Shown: positions 18,038 to 28,117 of the stretch, in pieces
Numbering within the stretch: the first letter of the stretch is position 1
Layout of the letters: every line of letters starts with the position of its first letter
Assembly: GCA_963722035.1 (NCBI GenBank)
Contig: CAVRLG010000001.1
Location: forward strand, 8,703-72,702
Source: an uncultured Thermoleophilia bacterium
Lineage (GTDB): Bacteria > Actinomycetota > Thermoleophilia > Gaiellales > Gaiellaceae
Reading direction: 5' to 3'
DNA length: 64,000 bases
Made by a program: the position numbers and the translations under genes
Notes under the pieces: generated by a model
Database searches by the model: none
Told to the model about the DNA's origin: nothing
What the model saw: the letters and a program-made list of their open reading frames with translations, nothing else

Positions 18038-18978
18038 TGCTCGAAGGCAAGCGGGTTGCGGTCGTCGTACCCGCGTTCGACGAGGAGCGCCTCGTCGGCG
18101 AGACGCTTCGGGGGATCCCGGACTTCGTCGACCGGATCTATCTCGTCGACGATGCCTCCCGCGACGACACGACCGCACAGGCCGTGGCAGTCGGCGATCC
18201 CCGTGTCGAGCCGTTGCGCCACGACTGGAACTCAGGTGTCGGTGCGGCAATCGCGACCGGGTATCGGCGCGCGCTCGAGGAAGAGATCGACGTGACGTCC
18301 GTGATGGCTGCGGACAACCAGATGGATCCGGCGGAGCTCGAGGCACTGGTCGAGCCGGTCGCGAGAGGTGAGGTCGAGTACGCGAAGGCAAACAGGCTCG
18401 TTTCGGGCGAGGCGTGGAAGGTGATTCCGCGGACGCGGTACCTCGGCAATGCCGTGCTCTCGCTCCTGACCAAGATCGCGTCGGGCTACTGGCACGTCGC
18501 CGACTCCCAGGCCGGATACACGGCCCTCTCCCTCGAGGCGCTGCGGCGGCTGGACCTCGACCGCCTCTACCCACGCTACGGCTTCCCGAACGACATGCTC
18601 GTGCACCTGAACGTGCAGAACGCGCGAGTACGAGATGTTCCTTCGCGGCCGATCTACGACGTCGGCGAGGAGTCGGGGATCAAGCTCCGGTCGGTCGTCC
18701 CGCGAATCTCGTGGCTTCTCTTCAAGGCATTCTGGTGGCGGATGGGGCAGAAGTACGTCATCCGCGACTTCCACCCGTTGGTCTTCTTCTACTCGTTCGG
18801 CGTGTTGATGCTTGGCGTCGGTTTCGTGCTGGGGCTGGTGGAGCTCGTTCTGCGCATTGCGGGGAACGCGATCACACCGGCGTCGATCGTCCTTGTTGCC
18901 GTGCTGCTCATCGCGGGCCTGCAGATGACGCTTTTTGCCATGTGGTTCGACATGGAGGCGAACAAGGACTTGCGCTGA
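18037..18978 (+). CDS. GT2 polyprenol-phosphate glycosyltransferase (DPM1/GtrB/ArnC-like)
   Basis: VAVVVPAFDEERLVGETL, IYLVDDASRDDT, MAADNQMDP. Two C-terminal TM helices (LVFFYSFGVLMLGVGFVLGLV; IVLVAVLLIAGLQMTLFAMWF). Confidence 0.85.
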   Translation: MLEGKRVAVVVPAFDEERLVGETLRGIPDFVDRIYLVDDASRDDTTAQAVAVGDPRVEPLRHDWNSGVGAAIATGYRRALEEEIDVTSVMAADNQMDPAELEALVEPVARGEVEYAKANRLVSGEAWKVIPRTRYLGNAVLSLLTKIASGYWHVADSQAGYTALSLEALRRLDLDRLYPRYGFPNDMLVHLNVQNARVRDVPSRPIYDVGEESGIKLRSVVPRISWLLFKAFWWRMGQKYVIRDFHPLVFFYSFGVLMLGVGFVLGLVELVLRIAGNAITPASIVLVAVLLIAGLQMTLFAMWFDMEANKDLR

Positions 18979-19237
18979 GACCGCCTTACGTGCACCGAAC
19001 GCCGAGATCGCGCAGGATGGCTGCTCGGCGCCCGCCGAAGAAATCCGGTCGACTGGTGCAGCCGACTCGTTGCTCGGCCGCGGCCGCGAGTACCGCGACC
19101 AGCGCAGAAACCGTTAGCAGGCGCATTGAGACGAGTCTAGGGCGATCGGTGGCGCCCCTCGTAGTCGGGAGGACCTCTCCCCGGACCGTCGTAAGAGACG
19201 TGGCCGGCGCAACAGCGCCCGGCTAGCATCGAAACCA

Positions 19238-20182
19238 ATGCCGACTTCTCTCGTCACCGGCGGCGCCGGCTTCCTCGGCTCCCACCTCTGCGAAGCGCTG
19301 CTGGAGCGCGGCGAGCGCGTCATCTGTGTCGACAATCTCGTCGTCTCCACGCTCGAGAACATCGACCATCTGCGCGACGAGTCGTTCACGTTCGTCAACC
19401 ACGACGTGATCGACCCGATCGCTGTCGACGAGCCCGTCGACTTCGTGTACCACCTCGCCGCTTTAGCGAGCCCGATCGACTACCTGCGAATGCCGTTGCA
19501 CTCGCTCAAGACCGGCTCATACGGAACACACCACTCGCTCGGGCTCGCGAAGCTCAAGCGCGCACGGTTTCTCCTCGCCTCGACCAGCGAGGTCTACGGA
19601 GACCCGCAGGTGCACCCGCAACCCGAGACGTACTGGGGTCACGTGAACCCGATCGGCCCCCGCGGCGTCTACGACGAGGCGAAGCGCTACGCCGAGGCCC
19701 TGGCCATGGCGTACCACCGCCAGCAGGGCGTGAACACCGCCATCGTCCGCATCTTCAACACCTACGGGCCGCGAATGAGGGCAAACGACGGGAGAGCGAT
19801 TCCGACCTTCCTCCGCCAGGCGATCGACGGAAAGCCTGTCACGGTCTTCGGCGACGGCTCGCAGACCCGGAGCTTCTGCTTCGTGGACGATCTGATTCGC
19901 GGGATCATGCTCCTCGTGGACTCGAGCGAGCACCTGCCGGTGAACCTCGGCAATCCCGACGAGAAGACCCTGCTCGAGCTTGCCGAGACGGTCATTCGGC
20001 TCACCGGCTCGTCGAGCGAGATCGTGTTCGAGGCGCTCCCCGTCGACGATCCTCAGGTGCGGCAGCCGGACATCACGCGCGCCAAGCAGATTCTCGGATG
20101 GAGTCCGGAGATCGTGCTCGAGGACGGGCTGCGGAAGACGATCGCCTCGCTCGGGCACGAGGCCGCCGTCGGCTCCGCGTGA
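19238..20182 (+). CDS. uxs: UDP-glucuronate decarboxylase (UDP-xylose synthase)
   Basis: [75 protein letters not shown]. These are signature blocks of UXS-type SDRs. Confidence 0.9.
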   Translation: MPTSLVTGGAGFLGSHLCEALLERGERVICVDNLVVSTLENIDHLRDESFTFVNHDVIDPIAVDEPVDFVYHLAALASPIDYLRMPLHSLKTGSYGTHHSLGLAKLKRARFLLASTSEVYGDPQVHPQPETYWGHVNPIGPRGVYDEAKRYAEALAMAYHRQQGVNTAIVRIFNTYGPRMRANDGRAIPTFLRQAIDGKPVTVFGDGSQTRSFCFVDDLIRGIMLLVDSSEHLPVNLGNPDEKTLLELAETVIRLTGSSSEIVFEALPVDDPQVRQPDITRAKQILGWSPEIVLEDGLRKTIASLGHEAAVGSA

Positions 20183-20790
20183 GCGATCTCGGCGAGCGCT
20201 ACGAAGAGCATCACCGGGAGCGACGCGACGAGGGCGAGTTCGTCTTCGTTCCGGAGCGCATTCCCCTCTTCCAGGCGGCGATCGGACGCGGGAAGCGGGT
20301 GCTCGATCTCGGCTGCCGCGCAGGAGCGCTGACCCGCCACTTCCTCGACGGGAACGAAGTCATCGGCCTGGATGTCGATCGCGCGGCGCTTGCCAAGGCA
20401 GAGGCGTTGGGAATCGAGCCCGTCCATGCGAATGTCGAGGAGCCGCTTCCGTTCGAGGACACGAGCTTCGATGCTGTCGTCGCGGGGGAGCTCTTCGAGC
20501 ACCTCCAGTTCCCCGACGCGCTGATTGCGGAGGTTCAGCGCGTTCTCAAGCCTGGGGGAGCGTTCGTCGGCTCCGTCCCGAACGCGTACCGGGTGCAGGG
20601 CCGACTGCGGTTCTTGCTCGGCCGCGCACCCGAGGACGATCCCACGCACCTCCACATGTTCTCGCCGGCCGCGTTGCGCGAGCTTCTCGCCGATTTCGAC
20701 GACGTGCGGCTGTCCTTCGTGGGTGGTCGCTATCGCCGTCTGCATGGACGGCTCTTCGCGCGCGACCTTGTGTTCAGCGCTCTGCGCTAG
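20179..20790 (+). CDS. Class I SAM-dependent methyltransferase
   Basis: GTG 20179 overlaps the uxs stop (GTGA). [15 protein letters not shown] (motif I), [22 protein letters not shown]. Confidence 0.85.
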   Translation: MSDLGERYEEHHRERRDEGEFVFVPERIPLFQAAIGRGKRVLDLGCRAGALTRHFLDGNEVIGLDVDRAALAKAEALGIEPVHANVEEPLPFEDTSFDAVVAGELFEHLQFPDALIAEVQRVLKPGGAFVGSVPNAYRVQGRLRFLLGRAPEDDPTHLHMFSPAALRELLADFDDVRLSFVGGRYRRLHGRLFARDLVFSALR

Positions 20791-21175
20791 ATCCGAAGCC
20801 TGCACGCCGCGCGATATCGGCCTCGTCGACCATGTGCCCGTCCCGCTCGACATAGCCGCCCTTGCCGCCGACGACGAGCATGACGAGGTCCTCGCTCTCG
20901 CTCGCGTTCGATACGCGCCGCGGCGTCGTCGACTCGGCATGGAAGAGCCCGCCCGGACCGAGGACGCGGTCTTCTCCTTCGACCTCGACACGGGCCGAGC
21001 CCGAGTGGATGAAGTAGAGCTCGTCCTGGGTGTCGTGGAAGTGATGGAAGCCCAGGTATCCCGGTGGCATGACGATCGCGTTCACGCCGAACGCGGTCAC
21101 ACCGAGCTCACGCCGCACCTTGCGGAAGCCGTAGCCCTCCCCGAGCTCATCGATCGACCCGAAGCTGTGTGGCAT
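20774..21175 (-). CDS. Cupin domain protein
   Basis: ATG 21175 is preceded by GAAAGGAGTAAACGAGGG, a clear Shine-Dalgarno. GFHHFHDTQDELYFIHSGSARVEVEG is a cupin motif. The part of the listed ORF upstream to 21379 overlaps the next gene and is not needed. Confidence 0.8.
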   Translation of the reverse strand: MPHSFGSIDELGEGYGFRKVRRELGVTAFGVNAIVMPPGYLGFHHFHDTQDELYFIHSGSARVEVEGEDRVLGPGGLFHAESTTPRRVSNASESEDLVMLVVGGKGGYVERDGHMVDEADIARRAGFGSSAER

Positions 21176-21182
21176 CCCTCGT

Positions 21183-22118
21183 TTACTCCTTTCTGTCGAG
21201 TAGGTGATCGGCTGTCCGTTGCAGGCCTTCCTCGAACGCGATCCGTGGCTCGTAGCCGAGAACGCGCTTCGCCTCGCCGAGGTCCGCCCACGACGCGCGG
21301 ACGTCGGCCGTACGCGCGGCCTCGAAGATCTTCTCCACCGGACGGCCGAGCATCGTCCCGATCGCGTCCGCGAGGGCATTCACGGTGATCGACCCGCCGG
21401 TCGCGACGTTGACGATCTCGCCCTTCATGCCTGCCGCATCGGCGGCGAGCAGATTGGCGCTCACGACGTTGTCGACGTACGTGAAGTCACGAGACTGCTC
21501 CCCGTCACCGTAGATGGTCACCGGCTCGTCGCTTGCGACTGCCCGGATGAACCGCGGCACGACGGCGGCGTACTGCGACGCCGGATCCTGTCGAGGGCCG
21601 AAGACGTTGAAGTAGCGCAGCGACACGATCTCCATCGCATACACCCGGCTGAAGCTCGTACAGAACCGCTCGGCCGCCATCTTCGCGACCGCGTACGGCG
21701 AGATCGGGTCCGGAGACTGCGACTCGACCTTCGGAAGGTCGCCCGCGTTGCCGTAGACCGAGGACGACGATGCGTTGACGATCCGGCGCACGCTCTCGTC
21801 TCGTGCTGCGAGGAGGACGTTGAGAGTCCCCTCGATGTTGACGGCGGTCGTCGTCAGCGGATCCTGAACCGAGCGCGGCACGGACGGGAGCGCGCCCTCG
21901 TGGAACACGACCTCGGTACCACGCACGGCGGCGTGGACACGCTCGTACGAGCGGAGGTCTCCCTCGACGAGATCGACGTCCTGCTCGAGCCCGGAGAGGT
22001 TGGCGCGGCTCCCGGTCGAGAAGTTGTCGAGAACACGCACGTCATCCCCGCGGGCGAGGAGCGCTCGGACGATGTTCGATCCGATGAACCCGGCCCCGCC
22101 TGTGACCAGAACCTTCAC
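21183..22118 (-). CDS. NAD-dependent NDP-sugar 4-epimerase (WbpP/TviC-like)
   Basis: GTG 22118 overlaps the upstream stop (GTGA). [59 protein letters not shown]. Confidence 0.88.
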   Translation of the reverse strand: MKVLVTGGAGFIGSNIVRALLARGDDVRVLDNFSTGSRANLSGLEQDVDLVEGDLRSYERVHAAVRGTEVVFHEGALPSVPRSVQDPLTTTAVNIEGTLNVLLAARDESVRRIVNASSSSVYGNAGDLPKVESQSPDPISPYAVAKMAAERFCTSFSRVYAMEIVSLRYFNVFGPRQDPASQYAAVVPRFIRAVASDEPVTIYGDGEQSRDFTYVDNVVSANLLAADAAGMKGEIVNVATGGSITVNALADAIGTMLGRPVEKIFEAARTADVRASWADLGEAKRVLGYEPRIAFEEGLQRTADHLLDRKE

Positions 22119-22816
22119 CGAGGCACCTCGGCCACGACATGGAAATTCGCGAAGAGCGTTCCGTGACCTGGAGTGCGGAGGCGCGAAGAATGGGCGTCGA
22201 TCGTCTCCGCGGTCATGTTCAGCGCAGCGACGAGAGGATGCGCGAGCGCACCCAGACGCGCGCGGCGAAGAGTGAGGCTGACGTTGAGCGAGATGATCAT
22301 CGCGATACAGGCGGTCGTGCCAGAAGCGGGTGTCACCGTAACGAAGGCGCCTGCCGCGTTCCCCACGAACAGCTTCTCCAGGCCGGCGTGAGTCCACCGC
22401 CAGTAGTCGGTGGGGGAAGGGTGGTATGGCATTACACCATGTGTCGAAGCCAGCACGCGGCCCCCTGCGGCGGTTACGCGTATGAGCTCGCGGATTGCCT
22501 GTGCAGGGTCGTCGCAGTGCTCCAGCACCTGATTACAGAGGACGATGTCGAAGCTTCCATCCTCGACCGGCAGCGCCTCGACGGAGCCTCGCAGCTCGGC
22601 GTGTGGGTTCGCGACGGGGTCAACGCCGACGTACGACGCGGAGTACCGTGCGAAGAGTGGCTGGTACGGCTTCAATCCGCAGCCGACGTCCAGCACGCGG
22701 TAGCGCCCGAGCGCGCGGTGCGCTTCCTCGGCCTGTTCGCGAAGCCAGCGGACGAGTGGCGCCCGCACTGCGTATGTCGGCATCGAGCGGGGCGGGTCGA
22801 GGTACGCGTCAGCCAC
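22115..22816 (-). CDS. Class I SAM-dependent methyltransferase
   Basis: YRVLDVGCGLKPYQPLF, FDIVLCNQVLEHCDDP, AAGGRVLAST. Confidence 0.85.
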   Translation of the reverse strand: MADAYLDPPRSMPTYAVRAPLVRWLREQAEEAHRALGRYRVLDVGCGLKPYQPLFARYSASYVGVDPVANPHAELRGSVEALPVEDGSFDIVLCNQVLEHCDDPAQAIRELIRVTAAGGRVLASTHGVMPYHPSPTDYWRWTHAGLEKLFVGNAAGAFVTVTPASGTTACIAMIISLNVSLTLRRARLGALAHPLVAALNMTAETIDAHSSRLRTPGHGTLFANFHVVAEVPR

Positions 22817-24194
22817 CGGTCTCCTCTTCGACGATCGCTGCCCCGGCTGCTGCGAGGCCGAGCAACAAGCAAGTCGCCGCTTGTAACGGGATACCGGCGA
22901 CGATCCCGAGCGAGGCCCACTCTCCCGCCAGTGTCAGGAGCGCACACAACACCGTGAGGCCTGCGCCTGCGGCCCAGGGGTTCGCCGCGTAGATCACCGT
23001 GCGCCACGCGAGGATCAGCCCCGCCGCGCCGACTGCGAGCAACAGCAGCAGCCCGATCACACCGGCGTCGGCAAGCATCTGGATGTAGAGGTTCTGGACG
23101 CCCCACTCGCGACCTTCCGCCGGGAAGGCGAGGTCGACGACGTCCGGGAAGCGCTCGCGCGCGTCGGCGATGTAGGGCTCGAAGACCTCCGGCCGGGAGG
23201 ATCGTTGCCAGCCCACGCCCACGATCGGGTCGTCCTGCCAGATCCGCAGCCCGATATATGCGAGCACCGTGCGCTGGGAGTACGTCTCGACGCCAACGGG
23301 GGGCTCGTCGCCACGGACGCCCACGAAGCGCAAGAAGTCCTCGAGTGCGTCGCCCCGAACTGCCGCCACCCCGCCGCCGACCACCGCGACGACCACCGCG
23401 AGCGCGAGCACGCGGCGCCCCGAAGGAGAGAAGCGACCGCGTGCGGCGAGCCAGAGAACTGCCGCCCCAAGCGCGAGTCCCGCGGCAGCCGCCAGGGAGC
23501 CGGCAAGAATGAGGCCGAGCACCCCGGCCAAGAGCGCAATCGTGAAGAGCGTGCTCGCGGGAATCCGTCGTCTTCCCGCCATGATCCCTGCCGCACCCAG
23601 CGAGACCCCGATCGCGGCCAGCGCCGCGAGGTCATGGTGACCGAGGAACGACGGTTGGCGCCAGCCCGCGTTCCAGGCCCCGAAGATGTCCAGGCCGAAG
23701 AACTGGAGCAGCGCGACGCCCACTGCGACGGCAGCCCAGAGGACGAGGCCACCGAGGAGGATCGTCAGATCTTCGGCGCGGCGTACTAGGAGCGGCACGA
23801 CAAGGGCAAGGAGCGCGTACTCCCCGAGCTTGAGGAAGCTCACCAGGTGGTCGTCGAAGAGGGCGTCGTCCTGCGACGCCGGCCGAAATGTCGCAAACGC
23901 GAGCCATAGGAGCAGCGCAATCCCTGGGAACCAGAGGAGTCGAGCCGGCTGGAGGCGGGCGAGCCCGAGCCGCGCTGCCGCGACCGCTGCGGCAACGACG
24001 ACAACGAGAACGGCCGCATCCGAGAGCCTGACGTCGACCGAAGTGGAGCCCACGTCGACCGCGAGCTCGGGCTGATAGCGCTCGTGGGAGAACAGGAACG
24101 GCAGCGATGCCGTGAGTACGAGCGCTCCTAGGGCGTCGCGGTCGATGAGGTGGCGGACCCGGGGTCGCATGAACGAGCTTTCGCCGGTTGCCAC
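22809..24194 (-). CDS. O-antigen ligase/polymerase-like polytopic membrane protein (Wzy_C-type)
   Basis: About 10 or more hydrophobic helices with a large loop, RTVLAYIGLRIWQDDPIVGVGWQRS, resembling the O-antigen ligase family signature. The start may be the internal M at 24170. Confidence 0.72.
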   Translation of the reverse strand: MATGESSFMRPRVRHLIDRDALGALVLTASLPFLFSHERYQPELAVDVGSTSVDVRLSDAAVLVVVVAAAVAAARLGLARLQPARLLWFPGIALLLWLAFATFRPASQDDALFDDHLVSFLKLGEYALLALVVPLLVRRAEDLTILLGGLVLWAAVAVGVALLQFFGLDIFGAWNAGWRQPSFLGHHDLAALAAIGVSLGAAGIMAGRRRIPASTLFTIALLAGVLGLILAGSLAAAAGLALGAAVLWLAARGRFSPSGRRVLALAVVVAVVGGGVAAVRGDALEDFLRFVGVRGDEPPVGVETYSQRTVLAYIGLRIWQDDPIVGVGWQRSSRPEVFEPYIADARERFPDVVDLAFPAEGREWGVQNLYIQMLADAGVIGLLLLLAVGAAGLILAWRTVIYAANPWAAGAGLTVLCALLTLAGEWASLGIVAGIPLQAATCLLLGLAAAGAAIVEEETGG

Positions 24195-24264
24195 CGCGCC
24201 ACTATAGAAGCGACGATCGCGGGCAGATCACTCCGAAGGGTGCGCTCCCTACACTGACCAGCCG

Positions 24265-25563
24265 ATGGCTCCCCGCCTCCTACGCCGCCGGTCTGCGACG
24301 GCCGCGTGGATCTACGCTTCGGTCGCGTGCGGGATCGTCGGGACGATCGTCGCGGCGCGTGTCCTCGGGCTCGACGAGTTCGGCGTCTTTGCCACGGCGC
24401 TTGCGGCTGTCGGCTTCTTCCAGGTGCTTCTCGACCTCACTGTCGAGGAATCGCTCACGAAGTACGGCTTCAGGTACGTCGCGGCGGAGGACTGGGGGCG
24501 ACTGCGACGGCTCTTCCGGCAGATGCTCTTGCTCAAGATCGTCGGCGGCGCCCTCGCGACCGTCATCGTCGTCGCTCTCGCACCGTACGCTGACTCGCTC
24601 TTCGACGCCGATGGGCTCGAGCAGGCACTTCTCGCCGCCGCTCTCCTGCCGCTCGTCCAATCCACCGAGAACGTCGGCGCGACTGTCCTCCTGCTTCACA
24701 GTCGATACGACCTGCGCGGCGTCTATCAGGCCGGCTCGGCCGGGCTGAGGCTGCTCGCGATAGTGATCGCCGCTCCGCTTGGCGTCACTGTAGCCCTCGT
24801 CGCGATCGTCGTCGCGCAGGCAATCTCCACTGTCGCGATCTCGGTGGTCGGTGTCGTCGCGCTTCGGCGTTTTCCGTCCGCGCCTGCCCGAAGGCTCGGC
24901 GAAGACGTCCCAGGCATTCGCTCGTTCGTCATCCAGTCGAGCTTGGCGACGGGTGTTATCTCGCTCCGGACGACGCTCGTCCCACTCGTGCTCGGCATCG
25001 TCGCCGGCCCGACGCAGGTCGGTCTTCTCCGGGTCGGCCAGACTCCGCAAACCGGGTTTGCGGCCGCGAGCTCGCCGGCGCGACTCATGCTCATGACCGA
25101 GCAGACCCGCGACTGGGAGAGAGGCGAGCGGACGCGCATTCTCGCGGGTGTACGGAGCTATACGAAGTGGGCCGGCGCCGTCATGGTCGTTGCGGTGCCG
25201 ATCTTCTTCGTTGCCATGCCCTGGCTCGTCGAGACAGTCTTTGGCTCGGAGTACGGCGGTGCGGTTGACGCTGCGAGAGTCATCCTCCTTGCGGCCGCGA
25301 TCCATTTCGCGCTCGGGTGGACGAAGACGCTGCCTGTGACCATCGGGCGACCACGCTTGCGGATCGTCACGCATGGACTCGAGACGCTGGTTGCCATCCC
25401 GCTCGTCGCGGTGCTCGGTGCCGAATGGGGTGCGACCGGCGCCGCGGTGGCGGTGCTCGCATCCACGATTGTGTTTGCCGCGGCCTGGCTGGTCGTCATC
25501 GTTCGATTGCGCGCCGAGGTCGCCGCAGCCGAGCGCTCGGGCGAAGCGGCGTTCCAGCAGTGA
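24265..25563 (+). CDS. wzx: Wzx-type (MOP/PST family) oligosaccharide flippase
   Basis: Intact 432-aa multi-TM ORF. N-terminal pattern LGLDEFGVFATALAAVGFFQVLLDLTVEESLTKYGF and 12-TM-like hydrophobicity. Confidence 0.78.
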   Translation: MAPRLLRRRSATAAWIYASVACGIVGTIVAARVLGLDEFGVFATALAAVGFFQVLLDLTVEESLTKYGFRYVAAEDWGRLRRLFRQMLLLKIVGGALATVIVVALAPYADSLFDADGLEQALLAAALLPLVQSTENVGATVLLLHSRYDLRGVYQAGSAGLRLLAIVIAAPLGVTVALVAIVVAQAISTVAISVVGVVALRRFPSAPARRLGEDVPGIRSFVIQSSLATGVISLRTTLVPLVLGIVAGPTQVGLLRVGQTPQTGFAAASSPARLMLMTEQTRDWERGERTRILAGVRSYTKWAGAVMVVAVPIFFVAMPWLVETVFGSEYGGAVDAARVILLAAAIHFALGWTKTLPVTIGRPRLRIVTHGLETLVAIPLVAVLGAEWGATGAAVAVLASTIVFAAAWLVVIVRLRAEVAAAERSGEAAFQQ

Positions 25564-26684
25564 AGGTCGTCGTCGTCTCGGGGATCTGGCCACCCGATCC
25601 GGGCGGGCCGGCGAGTCATGCTCCGGCACTCGCCGAGTTCCTCCACCGGCGCGGGCACATGGTCGAGGTGGTGACGACCGCTGCTTCCGCGCCGGAGCCG
25701 CGCGCGTATCCCGTGCACTGGGTATCGCGGGGATCAGGGACTCGCCATCTTCGCTCCGCGCTCCTCGTCCGCAGGTGTGCGAGAGGAGCTGACGTTGTCT
25801 ACGCCACGAGCATGATCAGGCGGGCTACGCTGGGCGCTCGGCTTGCGCGCACGCCGCTCGTGGCCAAGCTCGTCTCCGACGAGGTCTTCGAGCGCGCGAC
25901 ACGAAGCGGCCGGTACGTCGGCACCCTCGATGAGTTTCAGCAGGTCGGCGGTGCGCGAGCGCGATTCCTGCGAACGACGCGCAACGCGGCTCTGCGGAGC
26001 GCGCGGCACGTGCTCTGTCCCAGCGCGTACCTCCGCGACATCGCGCTTCAGTGGGGGCTCGACCCGACGCGTGTGTCGGTGCTGCCGAACCCGGCTCCCG
26101 AGCTGCCCGCGCTCCCCTCGCGCGATGCCCTGCGAGCCGAGCTGGGCCTCGGCGGAGCCGTCCTCGCGTTCGCAGGCCGGCTCGGGCCGCAGAAGGCGCT
26201 AGGACTCGCGCTCGAGGCCATCGCAGCGGTGCCCGGCGTCACGCTGGTCGCCGCCGGTGACGGTCCCGATCGTCGGACCCTCGAAAATCGAGCAAAAGAG
26301 CTCGCGCTCGAGGGAAGGGTGCGCTTTGTGGGGAGCGTGTCGCGCGAGCAAGTCCTCCGCTTGTTCCGCGCGGCCGACGCATCGATCCTCTCGTCGGCGT
26401 GGGAGAACTTCCCGCATACGGTCGTCGAAGCGCTTGCGGTCGGATGCCCCGTCATCGCGACCGAAGTGGGAGGCATTCCGGAAGTGGTTCGCGACGGTGC
26501 AAACGGTCTCCTCGTTCCGCCCGGCGACGCGTCAGCGCTCGCCAAGGTGATCCGACGATTCTTCGGCGACGAGGAGCTTCGGCGGCGTCTGGCCGAGGCT
26601 GCGCCTGGATCCGTAGCCGGTTACACCGAAGAAGCGGTGTTTACGCGCATCGAGGACGAGCTCATGAGAGCGGCGAGGACATGA
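25560..26684 (+). CDS. Glycosyltransferase family 4
   Basis: GTG 25560 overlaps the wzx stop. KVVVVSGIWPPDPGGPASH; SSAWENFPHTVVEALAVGCPVIATEVGGIPEVV. Confidence 0.88.
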   Translation: MKVVVVSGIWPPDPGGPASHAPALAEFLHRRGHMVEVVTTAASAPEPRAYPVHWVSRGSGTRHLRSALLVRRCARGADVVYATSMIRRATLGARLARTPLVAKLVSDEVFERATRSGRYVGTLDEFQQVGGARARFLRTTRNAALRSARHVLCPSAYLRDIALQWGLDPTRVSVLPNPAPELPALPSRDALRAELGLGGAVLAFAGRLGPQKALGLALEAIAAVPGVTLVAAGDGPDRRTLENRAKELALEGRVRFVGSVSREQVLRLFRAADASILSSAWENFPHTVVEALAVGCPVIATEVGGIPEVVRDGANGLLVPPGDASALAKVIRRFFGDEELRRRLAEAAPGSVAGYTEEAVFTRIEDELMRAART

Positions 26685-27802
26685 AGCGGAAGCTCCTCAT
26701 GGTGGGCCGCACGCGTTATGCGCTTCCGCTCTCGCCGTCGCTCGAGCAGAAGTTCGACGCGCTCTCCGCCGTGCTCGACGTGCGAGTGCTCGCAACCGCT
26801 TCGGGCGGGTGCTCGGGCGACGGGCCGTTTCGACTGGTGCGGCAGATCCGCCCGCGTGCGCTCGACGGCGCAAGCTTCTACGCGCTGCTTCCGTTCCGCG
26901 TCTCGCGCGAGCTTCGCGACTTCCGGCCGGACGCCGTTCTCGCGCAGGGGGCTCAGGAGGCGGCACTCGTGCTTCTCGGGCGAAAGCTCGCGCGAGTTCC
27001 CACGAAGGTGATCGCTGACATCCACGGCGACCCGACGGCTCCCACGCGGCTCTACGGCTCCCGGGCGCGAAAGGTTCTCGCGCCCCTGGCCGACGGCCTG
27101 GCGCGGTATGGGCTTCGCCGGGCAGACGGTGTTCGGACGATCTCGGCGTACACGTCGAGTCTCGTGCGAGCTGCCGGGGTCGAGCCGACCGCGACGTTCG
27201 CGGCATTCATGGATCTCGAGCCGTTCCTCGAGACCGCTCCTCGGCCGCTCCCCGAGCGCCCGACTGCGCTCTTCGTCGGCGTGCTCGAGCGCTACAAGGC
27301 TGTCGATGTTCTCGCCGAGGCCTGGCGACTCGCGGCACCAACGGTTCCCGACACGACGCTTCACATCGTGGGGCGCGGCGCGCTGAACGAGGTAGTGAAG
27401 CGACTCGTCGATGATCTGCCGGCACAGACGCGTTGGACGGAATCGCTGCCGACACCCGAAGTCGCGCAGGCCCTGGACGAGTCGACGGTGCTCGTGCTCC
27501 CTTCGCGCTCGGAGGGCCTTGGACGAGTCGTGGTCGAGGCGTTCTGCCGTAGCCGTGGCGTCGTGGCGAGCCATGTCGGCGGTATTCCTGACATCGTCGA
27601 CGACAGGGAGACGGGGCTCCTGGTGCCGCCCGGCGACGCAGACGCCCTCGCGAGTGCCCTCGTGTTGACGCTGTCAGACCGCACGCTCGCCGAGCGTCTC
27701 GGCTCGGCCGGACGTGTCGCGGTCGAGCCCTGGCTCGCGACACCCGAAGAGTACGCGCGGCAGATTCACGACCTCGTCGAGAATGTCGTCGCGCCTTCGT
27801 AG
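26681..27802 (+). CDS. Glycosyltransferase family 4
   Basis: ATG 26681 with ATGA overlap. LPSRSEGLGRVVVEAFCRSRGVVASHVGGIPDIV. Confidence 0.88.
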   Translation: MKRKLLMVGRTRYALPLSPSLEQKFDALSAVLDVRVLATASGGCSGDGPFRLVRQIRPRALDGASFYALLPFRVSRELRDFRPDAVLAQGAQEAALVLLGRKLARVPTKVIADIHGDPTAPTRLYGSRARKVLAPLADGLARYGLRRADGVRTISAYTSSLVRAAGVEPTATFAAFMDLEPFLETAPRPLPERPTALFVGVLERYKAVDVLAEAWRLAAPTVPDTTLHIVGRGALNEVVKRLVDDLPAQTRWTESLPTPEVAQALDESTVLVLPSRSEGLGRVVVEAFCRSRGVVASHVGGIPDIVDDRETGLLVPPGDADALASALVLTLSDRTLAERLGSAGRVAVEPWLATPEEYARQIHDLVENVVAPS

Positions 27803-27817
27803 GTCCCGACGTCGCTC

Positions 27818-28020
27818 CTACGCTTCTCGCTTCCGGTACGACTCGCGAGGGCCGCGGTACTCGTCCGGCAGCGGGATGCCGAACCGTCGGTCAGCGCCCA
27901 GACGTCGTCGTAGGAGCCGAGATGGGGCGGGTAGCCCGTGTGACAGAGCATCTGCGCCTCGGGCGTCAGGCAGCGCACACGTCGGCCGAGCACGAGACCG
28001 ACGACGTCCTCAGCGGTCAT
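27818..28020 (-). pseudogene. Possible small gene remnant with one frameshift (unknown function)
   Basis: ORF 27766..28113 reads MTAEDVVGLVLGRRVRCLTPEAQMLCHTGYPPHLGSYDDVWALTD. A 1-nt shift near 27885 gives a more protein-like tail, RRFGIPLPDEYRGPRESYRKREA, with a stop at 27818-27820. No family recognised. Confidence 0.25.
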
Positions 28021-28117
28021 CTCGCGGCGTGGGTCGCGCCGAGGTCCGGCGCATGCGCCGATCGTGTCAGAGAGGGATTGAGGTGTCTGATCTGGCCGCG
28101 CACCTACACTCACGCCG

